In this document: in pieces, positions 22,769 to 36,383 of the stretch
How positions within the stretch are numbered: position 1 is the stretch's first letter
How the letters are laid out: the number at the start of each line of letters is the position of its first letter
Assembly (NCBI GenBank): GCA_002633005.1
Contig: NMRA01000001.1
Span: forward strand, 3,824,102 to 3,888,101
DNA length: 64,000 nt
Direction of reading: 5' to 3'
Source: Phoronis australis
Lineage: Eukaryota; Animalia; Phoronida
Translations under genes and position numbers: made by a program
The notes under the pieces: generated by a model
The model's input: only the letters and a program-made list of their open reading frames with translations
What the model was told of the DNA's origin: nothing
Database searches by the model: none

Positions 22769-24040
22769 TTCAAAATATATCTCGACTTGCTACCAAGTTA
22801 GAATGGAAAACTAGACAATATTCCCTCAAAAGCCTCGTGGAAGTAGGTTTAATATAAAATATTCTAATCTTGATTTCTACAAATATTTGTAATATACCTG
22901 ACAATAATAAATCATTGACAAGGTAAAGGAAGATGAATAATGTATAAACAGTGAGTCTCAAACAAATGGCGTAAAAAATGCATAGCATTATATCACAATT
23001 AGACGCGGTAAGATGGTATATGAATTTTTTCAAATGGCAAAACCTGATTTTCTCAATGACTTCAGCAGCGTGGGTGGAATGCAAAATGTGAGTCATTATT
23101 GGCAGAATTTCACTCCTTAACATCAGCACACACAAGTACACAAATGGGAGATGAAGTCTGCATCGTTTTGGAACATGATTGTGTAAATTCAAAGAGTAAG
23201 CTACTCTTTGGGGGGGGGGGGGGCACCCAACTAGTGGCATGAAATTTCAGACATTCAATTCTGACTTTAAGACAGGTCAGGGATCAATCAATCACTCTTA
23301 AATTGACTTAACTTAGTATTTTTATGTCAGTAGATTACGCATTATTGCTGAAAAGCTACTTTAAATATTATGTACCTTACACGTAAAAAGGAATCTAACA
23401 CAACTTTATAAATACATCCATTTTATATGCCGAAGGGAGCCAAGCCCAATTCTGCTGTCCAACTTTGAAATATAATTCCCCAACTCATTAACACTAGAGT
23501 AAGGCAGTTCAACACCAAAATGCCATAAAGTACTCGGATGAAAAGCATCAAATGTCCACGCTGGTGAATCAAAGCCATGACTTCACCCCATCATGCAGAT
23601 TTTATCAAATGTCAAAGCAAAGCCAATCAACCACTTGAAGTTGATGGACGCATAACCCAAGTGAGTGGCAATAGGTTTGTTTAGGTTAAACAACCTGTAA
23701 AAATCCTTAAAAAGATAAATGACGTATTCACCTATGAGGAACTCAGTGATGTTAGAATCGCACACTCTCACAAGTCACAGTACTCAGGTGATACCATTAC
23801 TGGTACTTGGAATAACTTCAAGGTGGTAGTTGGAGGTATCTAAAATACAGACACTATCAAAATGCATCAGTCAGCAAGCTGTACAAAGACCAAATACAAA
23901 ATACATACTTTAACAGTTTTGCACAAAGGCTAAATATTAGCAGGCAACTTAAAATTCACCACATTTACAGTTCGTTAAAGCTGTTATGTAAATGTTCTGG
24001 TTGAGGAATTGGCACGTTACACGTTTTCATCATTTCACCT

Positions 24041-27000
24041 TTAAATCACTTGCACTACAGGCTTAGAAGAAGGTGAATGGTATATCTGGGGATAGATGAC
24101 AGTCTTGTTGTGGTCACAAGGTTCAAATGAAGACGCCTTCCGCCAACCTTTCATTCTCACTATTTGCTCTGAATTTTCCCTCGGACACTGTATGGGCTTA
24201 AACTCCTTGCGGTCCAGACAAATGTACACCTGGCCAATGAACTGCACCTGTGACTTCTGCAATGGAGAAGTGATTTTCCTGACGGAGATTTTTGTATTAT
24301 TTTCCCTCTGAAATCCTGTATTGATATGGTTGTTTATACTTGGACTATAACTTAAGACTGTCGCTGTGTCAGCTTAGCTTCATTGTGATCGACAGCAGCC
24401 CATTTTAACTTGACCATCAACAGTCTGACGAATTCAGTAAACGTGCATACAGTTAAATTCGCCCCAACTGTAATTCAGCAGTTTCAACAACTCTTTCTTT
24501 ACAAATTCGATACACAATCAAATTGGTTTCAAAAGTATCGATTACAAGTTGCCTGTGTGACTATAGAATGAGTATTGGCAGATTTGTTATATAACATCAC
24601 GTGAGTCATTTTATGACAAAAAAACGGGCATGGTACACTTAGGTATTGGTACACAGAGGCGACACCGCTTATATATTTCGTCTCACAAAACCACAAACTA
24701 AATAAACCCAAGTAATAAACTCTCTGCAGGAAATAAACATATCTTAGCTTTGACTATAGCAAATGAACCAGCCTACTCACGTGAGACCAAGCACACTGCA
24801 TTAGAGGCTCGTAGTTGGTATTCTTCACAATTACATCAACAAAAGTTTGAAGCTAAAAACAAAAATATGTGATTTGGTAATAAAGGCTAACTAAGGCAAG
24901 GCAATATAATTCACTCGCTCAGCAACTTATATTACAAGAGAAACACGGAGTATTGAAATGCGCCCACAAATGCACTGCAAACAGTGTGCCTGTAGGGGTG
25001 TTTATTTGGAACATAGAAATAGCCACTAGATGACGCAAAATGTGTCGAATCCATCCGAAAACTGGTATGTGTCATCAAAGTATTTACCAAAATTTCATAA
25101 AATTCTGTCAAGGAAGTTCTGAGAAAGCATGGAAATGAAAAAAAAATAATGAAAATGCCATTAGGAGGCTATAGGTGGAAAAAAACTGTCACTAAAAGGT
25201 GCCACAGTAGATGAAGTCGTTGGAAAATCATCGTCAGACTTCCTCTTCACATTAGGAACATGCATGCCAATTTCCACAACCATCCTTAGAGGGGTTTGGT
25301 TGACAAAGGGGCAGACGCCAAATAACAAGACTCAAAAATAGTAAAAATGGTCACTAGGTGGTGCAAAATACCACGAATGAAACCAAAAACCGGAGGATAG
25401 TGTCAGCTCACCAATAGATGCCCATCTGCCATATTTTACAAAAATCCGTTGAGAACCTTTGAAGACAAAGAGGCAAAATTAAAAAACTAATAGCCACTAG
25501 GGGGTACAATGGTACTCCGATCTATCTGAAAGTCGTCCTGTGTTGTCAGCTTCATATAAATACACCAGCAAAATTCAATAAGATCCTGTAATGCGTTTAG
25601 CAGATACAGCCGAAAGTCGTCATCGTTTGTTATAAAGTTCATATAAATACACTTGCCAACTTTAATAAAGATTCTGCAGAGAATTTAGGAGATACAGCCA
25701 TGGGTGTGACAAAAAACTGCCACTAGGAGGCGCCACAGTTGTCGAGGTCGTTGGAAAATCATCGTCAGCCCTTCTCTTCATATTAGGAACATACATGCCA
25801 ATTTCCACAATCATACTTAGAATGGTTTGGTTGACAGAGGGGCAGATGCCAAAAAACAGACTCGAATTGCAAAGTACCTCGAATACATCCAAAAACGGGA
25901 GGATGGCATTACCTCACTAATAAATGCCTAACTGCCACATTTTATGAAAATCCGTGTAGGACCTACGAAGATACAGCGGTAAGCGTAAAAATTAAAATTG
26001 CCACTACGGGGCACACCGGTACTCGGAGACGACCGAAATTCGTCGTCATCTGTCGTCAACTTCATCTGTCGTCAGCTTCATCTGCCAAATCTCATCAAAA
26101 TCCTGTGAGGGGTTTGGAGATACAGCTGCAGACGCCGGATGCCCAGACAGAGATGACGGCAATATGTGGGTGCATATAAATATGTGGGTGCATATAAATA
26201 TGTGGGCACATAAAATTTATATTTAAGCGATTAACTTATGCTCACGACAGATAAAAAATCGACAAGGTAAAACTCCATTGAATTTGGACGAGAAATTCAG
26301 CGTTAAAACTCAAAGTGCGAAATGCAGTATTTCAAGTTCACACATGCTAAAAGTCTTTAAGTCCCTCATAGTTGGTGAGAATAAAAAGATCACACTGAAG
26401 TCACACAAAGGTACCCTACCTTCAGTTGGGTGGTGTTACTTGGTGTAATTCCAGCAGCATTCATCCAACTAAAAATGGAAATGTTTTTTTCCTTTAGAAA
26501 ACTGTAATACATATGCCAGAGTGAAAAGAGTGGGTACTGATTGAAGAAACATATTTTGGACAGTACAAACTCATCAACTTGAATCATACCTTCATATACT
26601 TTACAGTATTCACCAAAAGCAATCAGACAAAATGCCATTTTCTAGTCATGAAGGATAATGACTCATCATTCTGGTAACTGATGGTGAATTCAAGTTGCAC
26701 AGGGAATACTGGGTACAACAGGGAATTCTGGGTACAACAGGGAATTCTGGGTACAACAGGGAATTCTGGGTCATTTGATGTGATTACTTATGGTGTGTAC
26801 AGTATGTAAACATGTTCTCATAATTGTCTGACTGAAGTTGTTATTATGAGCAAGCCACAAATAAATTCGAGCATTGAGAAACTGTTGACAAACGAGTATA
26901 GCAAATTATCCATCGTAGAATATGGCTGGAATGCATTTCGATGGTTAAATTTAGTAACAAGAGCAATGTGGAGCGTTGAAATGCGCCCACGAATGCATTG

Positions 27001-30000
27001 CAAATGGTGTGCTTTTAGGGTTATTTATTTGTAACATAAAAATGGCCACTAGATGGCGCAAAAACATACAATCCATCAAAAAACAGGAACATGCCATATT
27101 TCATAAAAATCTGTTAAGAAACAAAGGAAAACAGAATAAAATGAAATTGCCACTAGTGGGCACAGTGTCCGTTGGATCCGCCTGAAAGTCATCGTGGTCT
27201 GTTGTTATCTTCATATAAATACACTAACTAAATTTAGTAAAGACCCTGCAGTGGGTTTAGGAGATACAACTATGGGCGCAAAACAAAACTACCACTAGGA
27301 GGTGCCACAGTAGTCAGTCACCATCATCAAAGGTCATCTTCACCCTGAGAACATATATGCCAATTTTCAAATGATTTGGTTGATACAGGGGTGGACGCCA
27401 AAAACAAGATTTGAAAATAGCAAAAATGGCCACTAGGTAGTGCAAAATACCTCGGTTCCATCCAAAAACAGCGTCATCATACCAATAGATGCCTATAATT
27501 AAAATTTTAGGAAAATCTGTTGAGGACCTTTGAAGATACTGAGTTAAATGTAAAAAACTAAAATTGCCACTAGGGGGCACAGCAGTAGTCAGATCTGTCT
27601 GAAAGTCATCGCCATCCATAGTCAACATCATATAAATACACTTGCTAAATTAAGTAAAGATCCTGTAAACGATTTAGGAGATACAGCCATAGGCGCAACA
27701 AAAACAAAACTGCCACTAGGAGGCTCCACAGTAGTCAAAATCGTCAAAAAATCATCATCAACTGGCCTCTTTATAGTAAGCACATTCATGCCAATATTCA
27801 CAATCACCTTTTAGCGGTTTGGTTGATAGAGGGGTGGACGCAAAAAACAGACTCGAAAACTGTAAAAATGGCCACTAGGTAGCGCAAACTACGTCGAATC
27901 CATCCGAAAACAGGAGGATAGCGTCATCTCACTAATAGGTGCCTACATATTAAATTTCATGAAAATCCGTTAAGGAATTTTGAAGATACAGAGGTAAACG
28001 TAAAAAAATAAAATTGCCACTAGGGGGAACACCGGTAGTCAGATCCGTCCAAAAGTCGTCGTCGTATGTTGTTAACATCATATAAATATACTTACTAAAT
28101 TTCGTAAATATACTGCGAACAGTTTAGGAGATACAACCATAGGCGCAAAAAAAAACTGCCACCAGGAGGCGCCACAGTAGTTGAAATCGTCAGAAAATCA
28201 TCGTTAACCGTTCTCTTCATAGTTAGCACATACATGCCAATTTTCACAATCATTCTTTGAACGGTTTGGTTGATAGAGGGGTGAACGCAAAAAAACAGAC
28301 TCAAAAACAGTAAAAATGGCCACTAGGTGGCGTAAACTACGTTGAATCCATCCGAGAACGGGAGGATAGCATCATCTCACTAATAGGTGCCTACATACCA
28401 AATTTCATGAAAATCCGTTAAGGACTTTTGAAGATACAAAGGTAAGCGTAAAAAATTAAAATTGCCACTAGGGGGCACACCGGTAGTCGGATCCGTCCGA
28501 AAGTTCACTCATGCCGTCACATTCCTGAATGGAACAAATGTGCTAAATTTCATGAATGTATGTCAAAGGGTTTTAGAGATAGAGCAGCGGACGACGGAAG
28601 GACGCCGCCCGGACGGACGCCGCCCGGACGGAGATGACGGCATAATGCGTCCACATATAAATATGTGGGCGCATAAAAAACTATGTACTTTTGTGCCAGC
28701 ATGTTTTCTGAAATTGTTTCAACTCTGAGTAAAGTAAAGTTAGGGGCAAATTGCCCATTATTCCATATAAACCTCGAACTGTCGTTAGTTTCATCCTGAC
28801 TGCTACATAATACTGGCATAAGGTGTGCTGAGTTGGACACAAACTTTTGCTGGTGTCTAATGCAGTGTATTCATGAACTTATTGTAATGTTGCTTTTTGT
28901 AACTTCTACACTCTTTCACTGCCAAGCGCACTTTTCAGTGTGTTACTCAGAAGCACTGCCAAACATGAAAATCGGCAAGTTGAATTCTTTTCAGTTCTTG
29001 ACCTAGATAATCCTCAATTTCATTTGAAGTAACTACATTTTAACAACAATAGCAGACAACAGAAAAATCGTTTTACCAAATCCCGAACCAAATTCAAGTT
29101 TCTCGATTTTCCCCCACGTTTTTAAAGAAGTTTTGGTCTTTCGTTTACCTGTCAATTGTGATTGAAACAATCCACTCAGGATCCAAGTTTGAAATGTCAG
29201 ATGTGAGACGAGATATGTACTAGGGCAAGTGAGGGATGAATTTCAACCCAAACCTTTAATTGACCATTGATAGTATTTCTTCACCTGAAATCTCAATTCT
29301 ACCCAGCTAATACCTCCATAAACATATGACGTCATAATCTAAGAATAATGCACAACAACGTGTGCGCATCTTACCCTGATCAAAAACAAATGAAAGTGCT
29401 TTAAGGAGAATTAAATGAAAAACGTGAGGTCGACGACGGAACCAAGAACACCAACCATGACGATTCTCGCTATCCACAACACCAACGTACCAACAAAAGT
29501 GTATGGGGAATTGGTCAATAAAAGAGCAGTCATCAAATCAGAAAATCTTGAATAACTTGAAAAATTTCTAACGAGAAACTCTAAATTGCCCCTGAGGAGA
29601 TCTATCTACACACCATATTCCAAAAAGTTCTCTGAAAGGATCACGGAGCTGGAGCTCTGCAAGTGATTATTTGAAAAATGGCTGTCACTGCACCATCTTG
29701 TGTCCGATTGCGCTAAAAAAATTGACCACAAGCTTTTAATGAAGTACATGTTGTGTGTATCAAGCACAGACAAAAAATTAGACTGTTGGCACGAATAAGA
29801 TGCACCAACAAAAATGCAAGCACGAATTGGTCAATAAAAGAACAGTCATCTGACCACTAATCTCAAATTATATCTTCAGAACACTAAGCTACAGCAAAAA
29901 ATGGATAGCATACGCCACAGATAGCTCTTGACAAGATGCAGCCACATACCAAATTTCAGAAAGATCCGTGGGACGCCGGTGATACGGCACAAGAAATCCG

Positions 30001-33000
30001 TCAATTAAAAATCAGTCATTGGCAAATCTCAACTCCAGAATAGTAAATCATAGCAAAAACTGATGGCATACATCACACAGGGCTTACAGAGATCTATTCA
30101 TACCTCAAATTTCAGAAAAATCCTTGCAGGGACAGCAAAGCTACGACAGCCCAAAGTAAAACATGGCCACCACTGCACCATCTCGCATGCGATTTCAACA
30201 AAAAAATGGGCCTCAAGCTATTAACGACAATCGTTGCGTGTATATTTCATGTTGATCGCATAAGAAATGTGGCTTGTAGCATGTGAACAAATAGACAAAT
30301 TAATTCACTTCACGACAGAGCAATTTGTAAAATTTAATTTTGCAAATAACAATTTTCGAGCGCTTTTGATCATTGCACCCTATGTTTCACATATCCTCAA
30401 AATTCGTTTGACACTGGGAAGTGCAGCTCTAAAAAACTGGCAAAATAATTAACATACGTACCTGGTGAGGTTATACTTTTGAGCTAACTTCAGACCCTGG
30501 CTGAAGTATGCCAGTTCATTGCTCATCTCTGGACTAGATGTTGCACACGTACCATGTTTTGACCACTCATGGGCCCTAGACAAGAATATGAAATTACAAA
30601 GATATTATTGTGTCAAACAATTCTTCTTGTAATGNNNNNNNNNNNNNNNNNNNNNNNNNNNNNNNNNNNNNNNNNNNNNNNNNNNNNNNNNNTTACAGGC
30701 CATTTGAAAGATAATACTTCAAAGAATCTACATGCAAAAAATTACGTCTTTTTCTCTTCCCGTGTAAAATCGCACTCCAGAAGACTGAAAATGGGTCAAT
30801 ATGCGCCATATCCGCCATCTTGAATGCAACTTCCGGTTTTTTGTCATTGTATAATAGCATTTTACAAGAAACTAATACCTGTAAACACACATGACAAGTA
30901 GCGATATTCAAGGTTCAATTGCAGAGGCTAAATGTGAGTTCGAGCTTAACAATATTTGAACGTGGTGGGCGACCACATTAAAAAAATTGGAGAAACACCT
31001 GGATAGGAAGAAATTAAAATCCAAAAGGATTCAACTTATAATTCCAATCATGTGCATTATAAAGTAATTTCAGTAACTTCCAGGTTGACATGGTTTCCGA
31101 GAGTGCCGTCTCTATAGCAACTGACATGGCTGGATTTGTTCCTTGTCAAAAGTTATCATATAAAAGTAGACTAAGACAACAACACAGTACGTGTAGCTCT
31201 CACAGTGACCTGATGGCACTAACAGGTATCGCTAAGTCATAGACCATGGCACAGGGGCACCTCTTTCAGAATGAATAAATGTCTTCATGGAAAGTGAGCT
31301 TGTGCCTTCATAAATAACAGAGAAATAGATGTGGATGTTAATCTTTTTATGAACTAGTCTCCCAAGAAGAAATATCTAACAGAAGTGAATGAAACTCAAT
31401 AAGAAATGTATGTCATCAGGAAGACAGTGTCACATTAAATAAATACATTAACTGCAGTATACTAAGAAGACTAAAGACTAACCAAAAACTATCTGGAGAT
31501 GTATCCTTATAGCAGTTAGGCCAGTATTCAAGCAGACTCTCTTTGATGGGCTAAAACGAGAAAATATTAGTAACTTTTAAAAGCCGAGTGAGTCAGACTC
31601 ACGGATTTCCAGCAAGTCTCGAGTAAAAATAAAGGTTACGTACATTTGACGTCTCTCCTGAACATTTAAAATAGAGGGCACAAGCTATAACTGGAGACCG
31701 TTTAGAACACACTGACGTTTAATTATCTCAGAAGCAATGTTCTTCTCCCCGACGTTGTCTTCACAGGAGCCAGCTTCAAGGACATCAAAATCTGTTCAAC
31801 TTGAAGTAAGTGTTTGTACATTGAACCGGTCTTTATGTGTTGTTATAATCAAGTGACAAGTGTGATAAACGCAGATCTGCAGTAATTTGGTATACGAAAG
31901 CTGGAACAGTTTGTACACCAGGTACTCACCTGTAATTTGCTTTCATCAAAAGTCCATGTCTTATTGCAGTCAACTGGTTCGTCTTTTGCACCAGTTCTAC
32001 TGGGCCTGAGGCAAAATATTAAGACAGTCAAATTTGTCAATGTTACTTTAATATAGTCTAAATATCATTTGTACAAACAATAGCCTCTTGCTGTGAAGAG
32101 CTGAGAACTTCAGGATTCAGTGAACCGAGCAGGGTGTCTGTGCATAGAAATATGCCATATTCAGGATACAGATGTACATGCAGTGTAAATTAAAGACGCA
32201 CTACACCCTGTCTGCCTAGCTAGAACGAAAATTTGTCTCATAATATTCTTTACTGTGAAAGGATTCCGTTTAAGTTATGTGCTTAAGTCACAAGCAATAA
32301 CAAATAACAGTGCAGGTGGTCTGATATAGGTTGTGTCAGACGTGTTCAGGCCCCTCAGTCAGGCCCATTGCACCAAACACCTGAATCCATTTTCATTTAT
32401 TAATATACACATCACAGTATAACCATGTAGACATACACACAAATGAAGACCAAACTGAGGAGCCAGAGCCCTGACTCAAGGATCTATCAGAGGGGTCCAG
32501 TGAGATTCAAACCCACTACAGGAGGCTGACACTCAACATACTAGGCCACACTGCCTCCTCTAAGTCGCAGGCAATGTGATATTACAGGACATCTCCAACA
32601 AACTCAGAAGCATCTTTTAGAGTCATTGATCGTTTTGATGTAGTTCTTCTTAATGATGGAAAAAACAGAATCCTGTCACAGTAAGGAATACTTGAGACCA
32701 TTTTTATGAGTCCAGTAAATGGCCTAATTCAGTTATTGGATTTTAGCCACCTAAACAGGATGAAATGAACCTTCAAAATTAAAGTCTCCTGGATTGTGGA
32801 TTATTGAAAAAGTAATACTGCACTCTACGTCCATCCAAAGGTCAATATGATACACCTAAAACATAAGAATGCACATTCAATCTTATCCAGTTGAAATTAC
32901 AAATAAAACACAAAGTCATTAATAACATGAATATGCCATACATCAAATTTAACAACAGAATGTGCTGTTGGCTTTATAGTTCATGCATGATAAGCAGCAT

Positions 33001-36000
33001 TTTACACTAAAGGACCCAAATATAAGGAAGACTAAAAGCAATAATATACCATATTCCGTGAATAGCCCAGGTATGCACTTCAGATGGTACTTGGCAGTTG
33101 TGCTCTCCATGCTAGAAATAGAAGTATTTGTAACAACTAAGTTGAATGCTGAGCAGGCAGTGACAATATTAAGGAACACAATAAAAATAAACTTGTATCG
33201 TCTCGAGAAAATACAGAGAAATAAGGTGATAGCGAGCAGGCAGTGCATTTATAAATACATCCATGCTCATAGCCGGGTGAAAAGGGTGTGAACATAACCC
33301 TGGACTGACAGCTGAGATTGGCAAATCAGCAGTTGAAAGCCCGCCCACTGACTGACCGCTGCGCTGTCTAGGTGTGGATAGAATAACCTCAGTCAGGGGC
33401 AACTGTACATCTGGTTAGACGTAGCCGGAAGAAAGTTAAGTAAGCATATGGCGTAATACGCCATCTAAGAGCAGACATGCCACACAAATGTATCAATAAA
33501 CAAGAGTACCTTGAAGATGTCTTCATCTATACATGACGTTTCTGACCATTGCTGTGCAAAAACTAAGTAGTCCCAGGGTTTCGTTGATGAATTTACGGAC
33601 ACGTGGGTTGTCAGTGCTGTAGCAAACAAGCTGTAAGAAATGAGTCAGGCAGGTCACTACAGACTGGGGCAATCTTGGAACAGAAAGTGTTTAAGAGTCA
33701 AATCATGGCATTCAACAGTGAAAGTTGTCAAATCATATCAATAAGCCTACAGCTCTATGAGTGGGTAGACCTTAAATTTGAAAAAATTACGGTGATATAA
33801 TAATGGGCTGAGGTTTACTACAACAAATTCAAAGTTGAGGAGCCGTGAAAAATAAATACTGAAGTGTCATTAGATAAATGCTTCAAAGTATCTGTTGATG
33901 TGCTAGCAGTGAAAGGCATTCTGTTCTGTTAGAAACGTTGAATGTGCGCTGCAGTGTAAGAACGTGGTCCAAGGATAATACTAGTCTGATGGAGGATAAT
34001 AGTTTTATTACATCTCTTCTACTGGTACTACTGAGTCTGTTACAATCCATGCGATCATACACTTATATAGTGACATACATGAATCATAACAGGATATACT
34101 GAACAAACATGTTTACTATAATTCCTCATACTGTGGGTGTATTACATATTATTCAATTCTCTGAACTAGGCCTAAACCTACACATGCACTCACCCTAAAT
34201 CACTCGGATATGAAATCATACTCTAACAGTATCGCATTTGATCAAACAACCCAACAAATTTTACATGACTTTAAAATAATCAAGGCAACCTTTAAAAGCT
34301 TATAACTTCGTGTAGAGAATTTCTCGCTTACACTGGCCACTGCTCAGGTTCACTCAGCCCCAGGCAACTTTTATGATGCCTATTCAGCACACCCTTTGTA
34401 TTGATGTAGAACTTGGTACATTTTAAATATTACAAGATAACTAAACAATTAGTTTGTGCTTATCTTGACAAAGGGCCACTTCCAAAGGAACAATGTTTTA
34501 TACCCGTTTTTGTTATTTCATTTTTAATACTTTTGACTACATGTTTTTTTCTTACCGGGAACGGGTTGATATCTTTTTATTTTATTTTTAAACTCGAAAT
34601 ACCAAAACAGTGGTAGATTTTGATCATGGCTAAGTTTAGTTAACTGTGAACCCATTCTAGATTACAGCTACACTAAACATTTCACAGGAAACAAAACTAC
34701 ATGTGTCATTAGTTCAAGTTTAGTCAGAACTCAAATCATAAAATATATACAAAAGTGCAACAATGGTGATAGACAAGCTGAAGATTAGGAATAATGGACA
34801 ATTTCAGTTGGACTGACTACGTAACTATTCTAGCTTTTTGTCAGTCATAAAAATCATGAAGAGTGGGCACAAGTTATGTACAAATGTTTCCTGGTCAAAA
34901 ATTTGATTAAACGAGATTGAAAGAATATTAAAAGAATAATCCATGTGATATTGTTAACTCTGATCAGCATTTGAAAATCCACCGAGTATATCCATTATGC
35001 ACTCTCCCTGTGGAATGAGTATCCCGACTGACTGATCGGCCAGTCAGTATACAGCCGTATCATTATCAGTTTGACAGTGGCAAACCAATGTTTACATAGT
35101 CCAGCTCTCTTACTGTCTGCTTTCATCTCATACTCATGTAATCCAGCAATTATGTTGTAAACAGCTCGCCTGATGCTAATCGATCTTTAAAAATACTATT
35201 TGCTAACGAGAAAAAAAAATGGTTGACTTTCAGAGAAATTAGATTTAACTTTCACCTGTTGGTTCCTTTTGTGACTGTAAGCTCTGACCAGTTTACCAAC
35301 ACAAAAAGGCTTGCTTAACAAGTTTAATCGAGCGTGATTCTAGATTGTGACCTGTAGCTTTAAATTTCTTGATTTTTTACACTCCAGGAGAATGGTACAT
35401 AATGAATACGCACCGTCATTTATCCTCAATCGCACTTACTATTTGTAGCTTTTAGCCAAGTATAGCTTTCGATTGTTAAAAATCGAAAGCTACACTTGGT
35501 TGTTTTTTCCAGCTGAGCACCGCCATGGTGTTTAATTGTTTTTAATGGAAATCATTGGTTCATACATTTTGAAAATTCGCCAGTATGTACAGGCAGAGAT
35601 GTACCACAGTTTATGGCCGGGTAATTACACTTGGTGGCACCATGCAGACAATGCGGTCAGCACAACTGTATCCGACTCCGGTGCCTTGCTCTCTTTCATC
35701 CTGGTAAAAGTCGGTTAGAAGAACAAGTGGTGAAAATTCCGGCATATCTTTAGAAATGCCTGACTGCATGACTTCCTTGTAAGCGTATTATTCATGGTAC
35801 GGTTGTTGAATTTATTACTCAACAATGCAATAACCCATGATGACATGATGTAAAATTCAGATTCATCCTATACTTACCAAATACCAATTAACAGCACTAT
35901 TTCTGAGACAGAAATTACAGCCTTCATTTCCTAAAAAATATAAACTGAGCATGAGTTAAATTTACATACCAACCAATGTAAGTCCTAAACAAAATCCCAC

Positions 36001-36383
36001 CGAACTGTGCAACACTTTACTTTCATTTTCATTATATACAGCTTTGTACCAAGGCTACTCGTTTAGATGCACTATAGCCATTAACGGAGGAAATAAAGCA
36101 ACCAAAACGTCAAATCATAGGTTTACATAGACAAGGACCATCCTCTCTCAGTCTCTGCTGGCGCCAGCAGAGACAATGGTCAGTGTCTAAGGAAGGTTTG
36201 GTACTGGTGACAAATACGCCTCCCAAGGTACTTCTTTTTTCCTTATAAATACACACATATGTTAATTGGTGGGAAAAAAGAAGTACCTTGGGAGGCGTAT
36301 TTGTCACCATTACCTAAGGTTTACATAAAAAATACAAAAACAAATACAGAAGCAACTCAGCCCAACCTTACCAACCTTGTCAT
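24041..36383 (-). CDS. RNASET2: Ribonuclease T2 family protein (secreted/lysosomal), complete, 10 exons, ~280 aa
   Basis: Minus-strand exons with matched phases: 36372-36383 (MTRL), 35878-35930, 33510-33630, 33050-33111, 31930-32005, 31483-31550, 30462-30575, 26420-26468, 24781-24852, 24041-24256 (TAA). Signal peptide MKAVISVSEIVLLIGICLFATALT; WDYLVFAQQW; CAS I WAIHGIWP; CAS II FWAHEWSKHGTC; C-terminal IGQVYICLD. The true start may be the ATG at 35927. Confidence 0.93.
24934..26215 (-). mobile_element. Helentron-associated non-autonomous element (HINE/DINE-1-like) with internal tandem repeats, copy 1
   Basis: Ends acaagag...aaatgcgcccac and atatgtggg[c/t]gcata(aaa); inverted subterminal motif atgcgcccac/gtgggcgcat; ~150-bp gccactagNNggc monomers; located in an RNASET2 intron. 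Confidence 0.75.
26700..26770. repeat. 19-bp minisatellite (cagggaattctgggtacaa), ~3.6 copies
   Basis: Direct tandem repeat visible in the sequence. Confidence 0.9.
26956..28680 (-). mobile_element. Helentron-associated non-autonomous element (HINE-like), copy 2, best preserved
   Basis: On the minus strand: T-run, atgcgcccacatat...atatgtggacgcat hairpin, ccgtccg microsatellite-like tract, ~446-bp trimeric repeats, subterminal gtgggcgcat, 3' end ctcttgtt. Confidence 0.8.
29440..30290. repeat. Degenerate repeat with internal duplications, probably a second Helitron/Helentron-type family
   Basis: aattggtcaataaaaga[g/a]cagtcatc at ~29509 and ~29825; cactgcaccatct at ~29687 and ~30171; aaatttcagaaa..tcc repeated. 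Boundaries approximate. Confidence 0.45.
30635..30692. other. Assembly gap (58 N) within an RNASET2 intron
   Basis: Run of N; the exon chain is complete without it. Confidence 0.99.
32310..32560 (-). mobile_element. tRNA-derived SINE, copy 1 (degenerate)
   Basis: Colinear with 47764-47992 (tgcaggtggtctgata...cacctg...ctgaggagc.aga..cctgactca...taggcca...tgcctcctc); degenerate A/B boxes on the minus strand. Confidence 0.7.
36205..36309. repeat. Perfect 38-bp inverted repeat with a 29-nt spacer (hairpin/MITE-like)
   Basis: tggtgacaaatacgcctcccaaggtacttcttttttcc (36205-36242) and its exact reverse complement (36272-36309). Confidence 0.9.

Noticed and set aside
22311-22814. 167-aa ORF with 21-aa repeats, or a CRISPR-like array
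   Set aside because: A 63-bp minisatellite with no unique spacers and no cas genes, in a eukaryotic context.
31930-32005. Lipocalin-like reading of CNKTWTFDESKLQ
   Set aside because: The neighbouring exons supply RNase T2 CAS I and CAS II motifs in frame.
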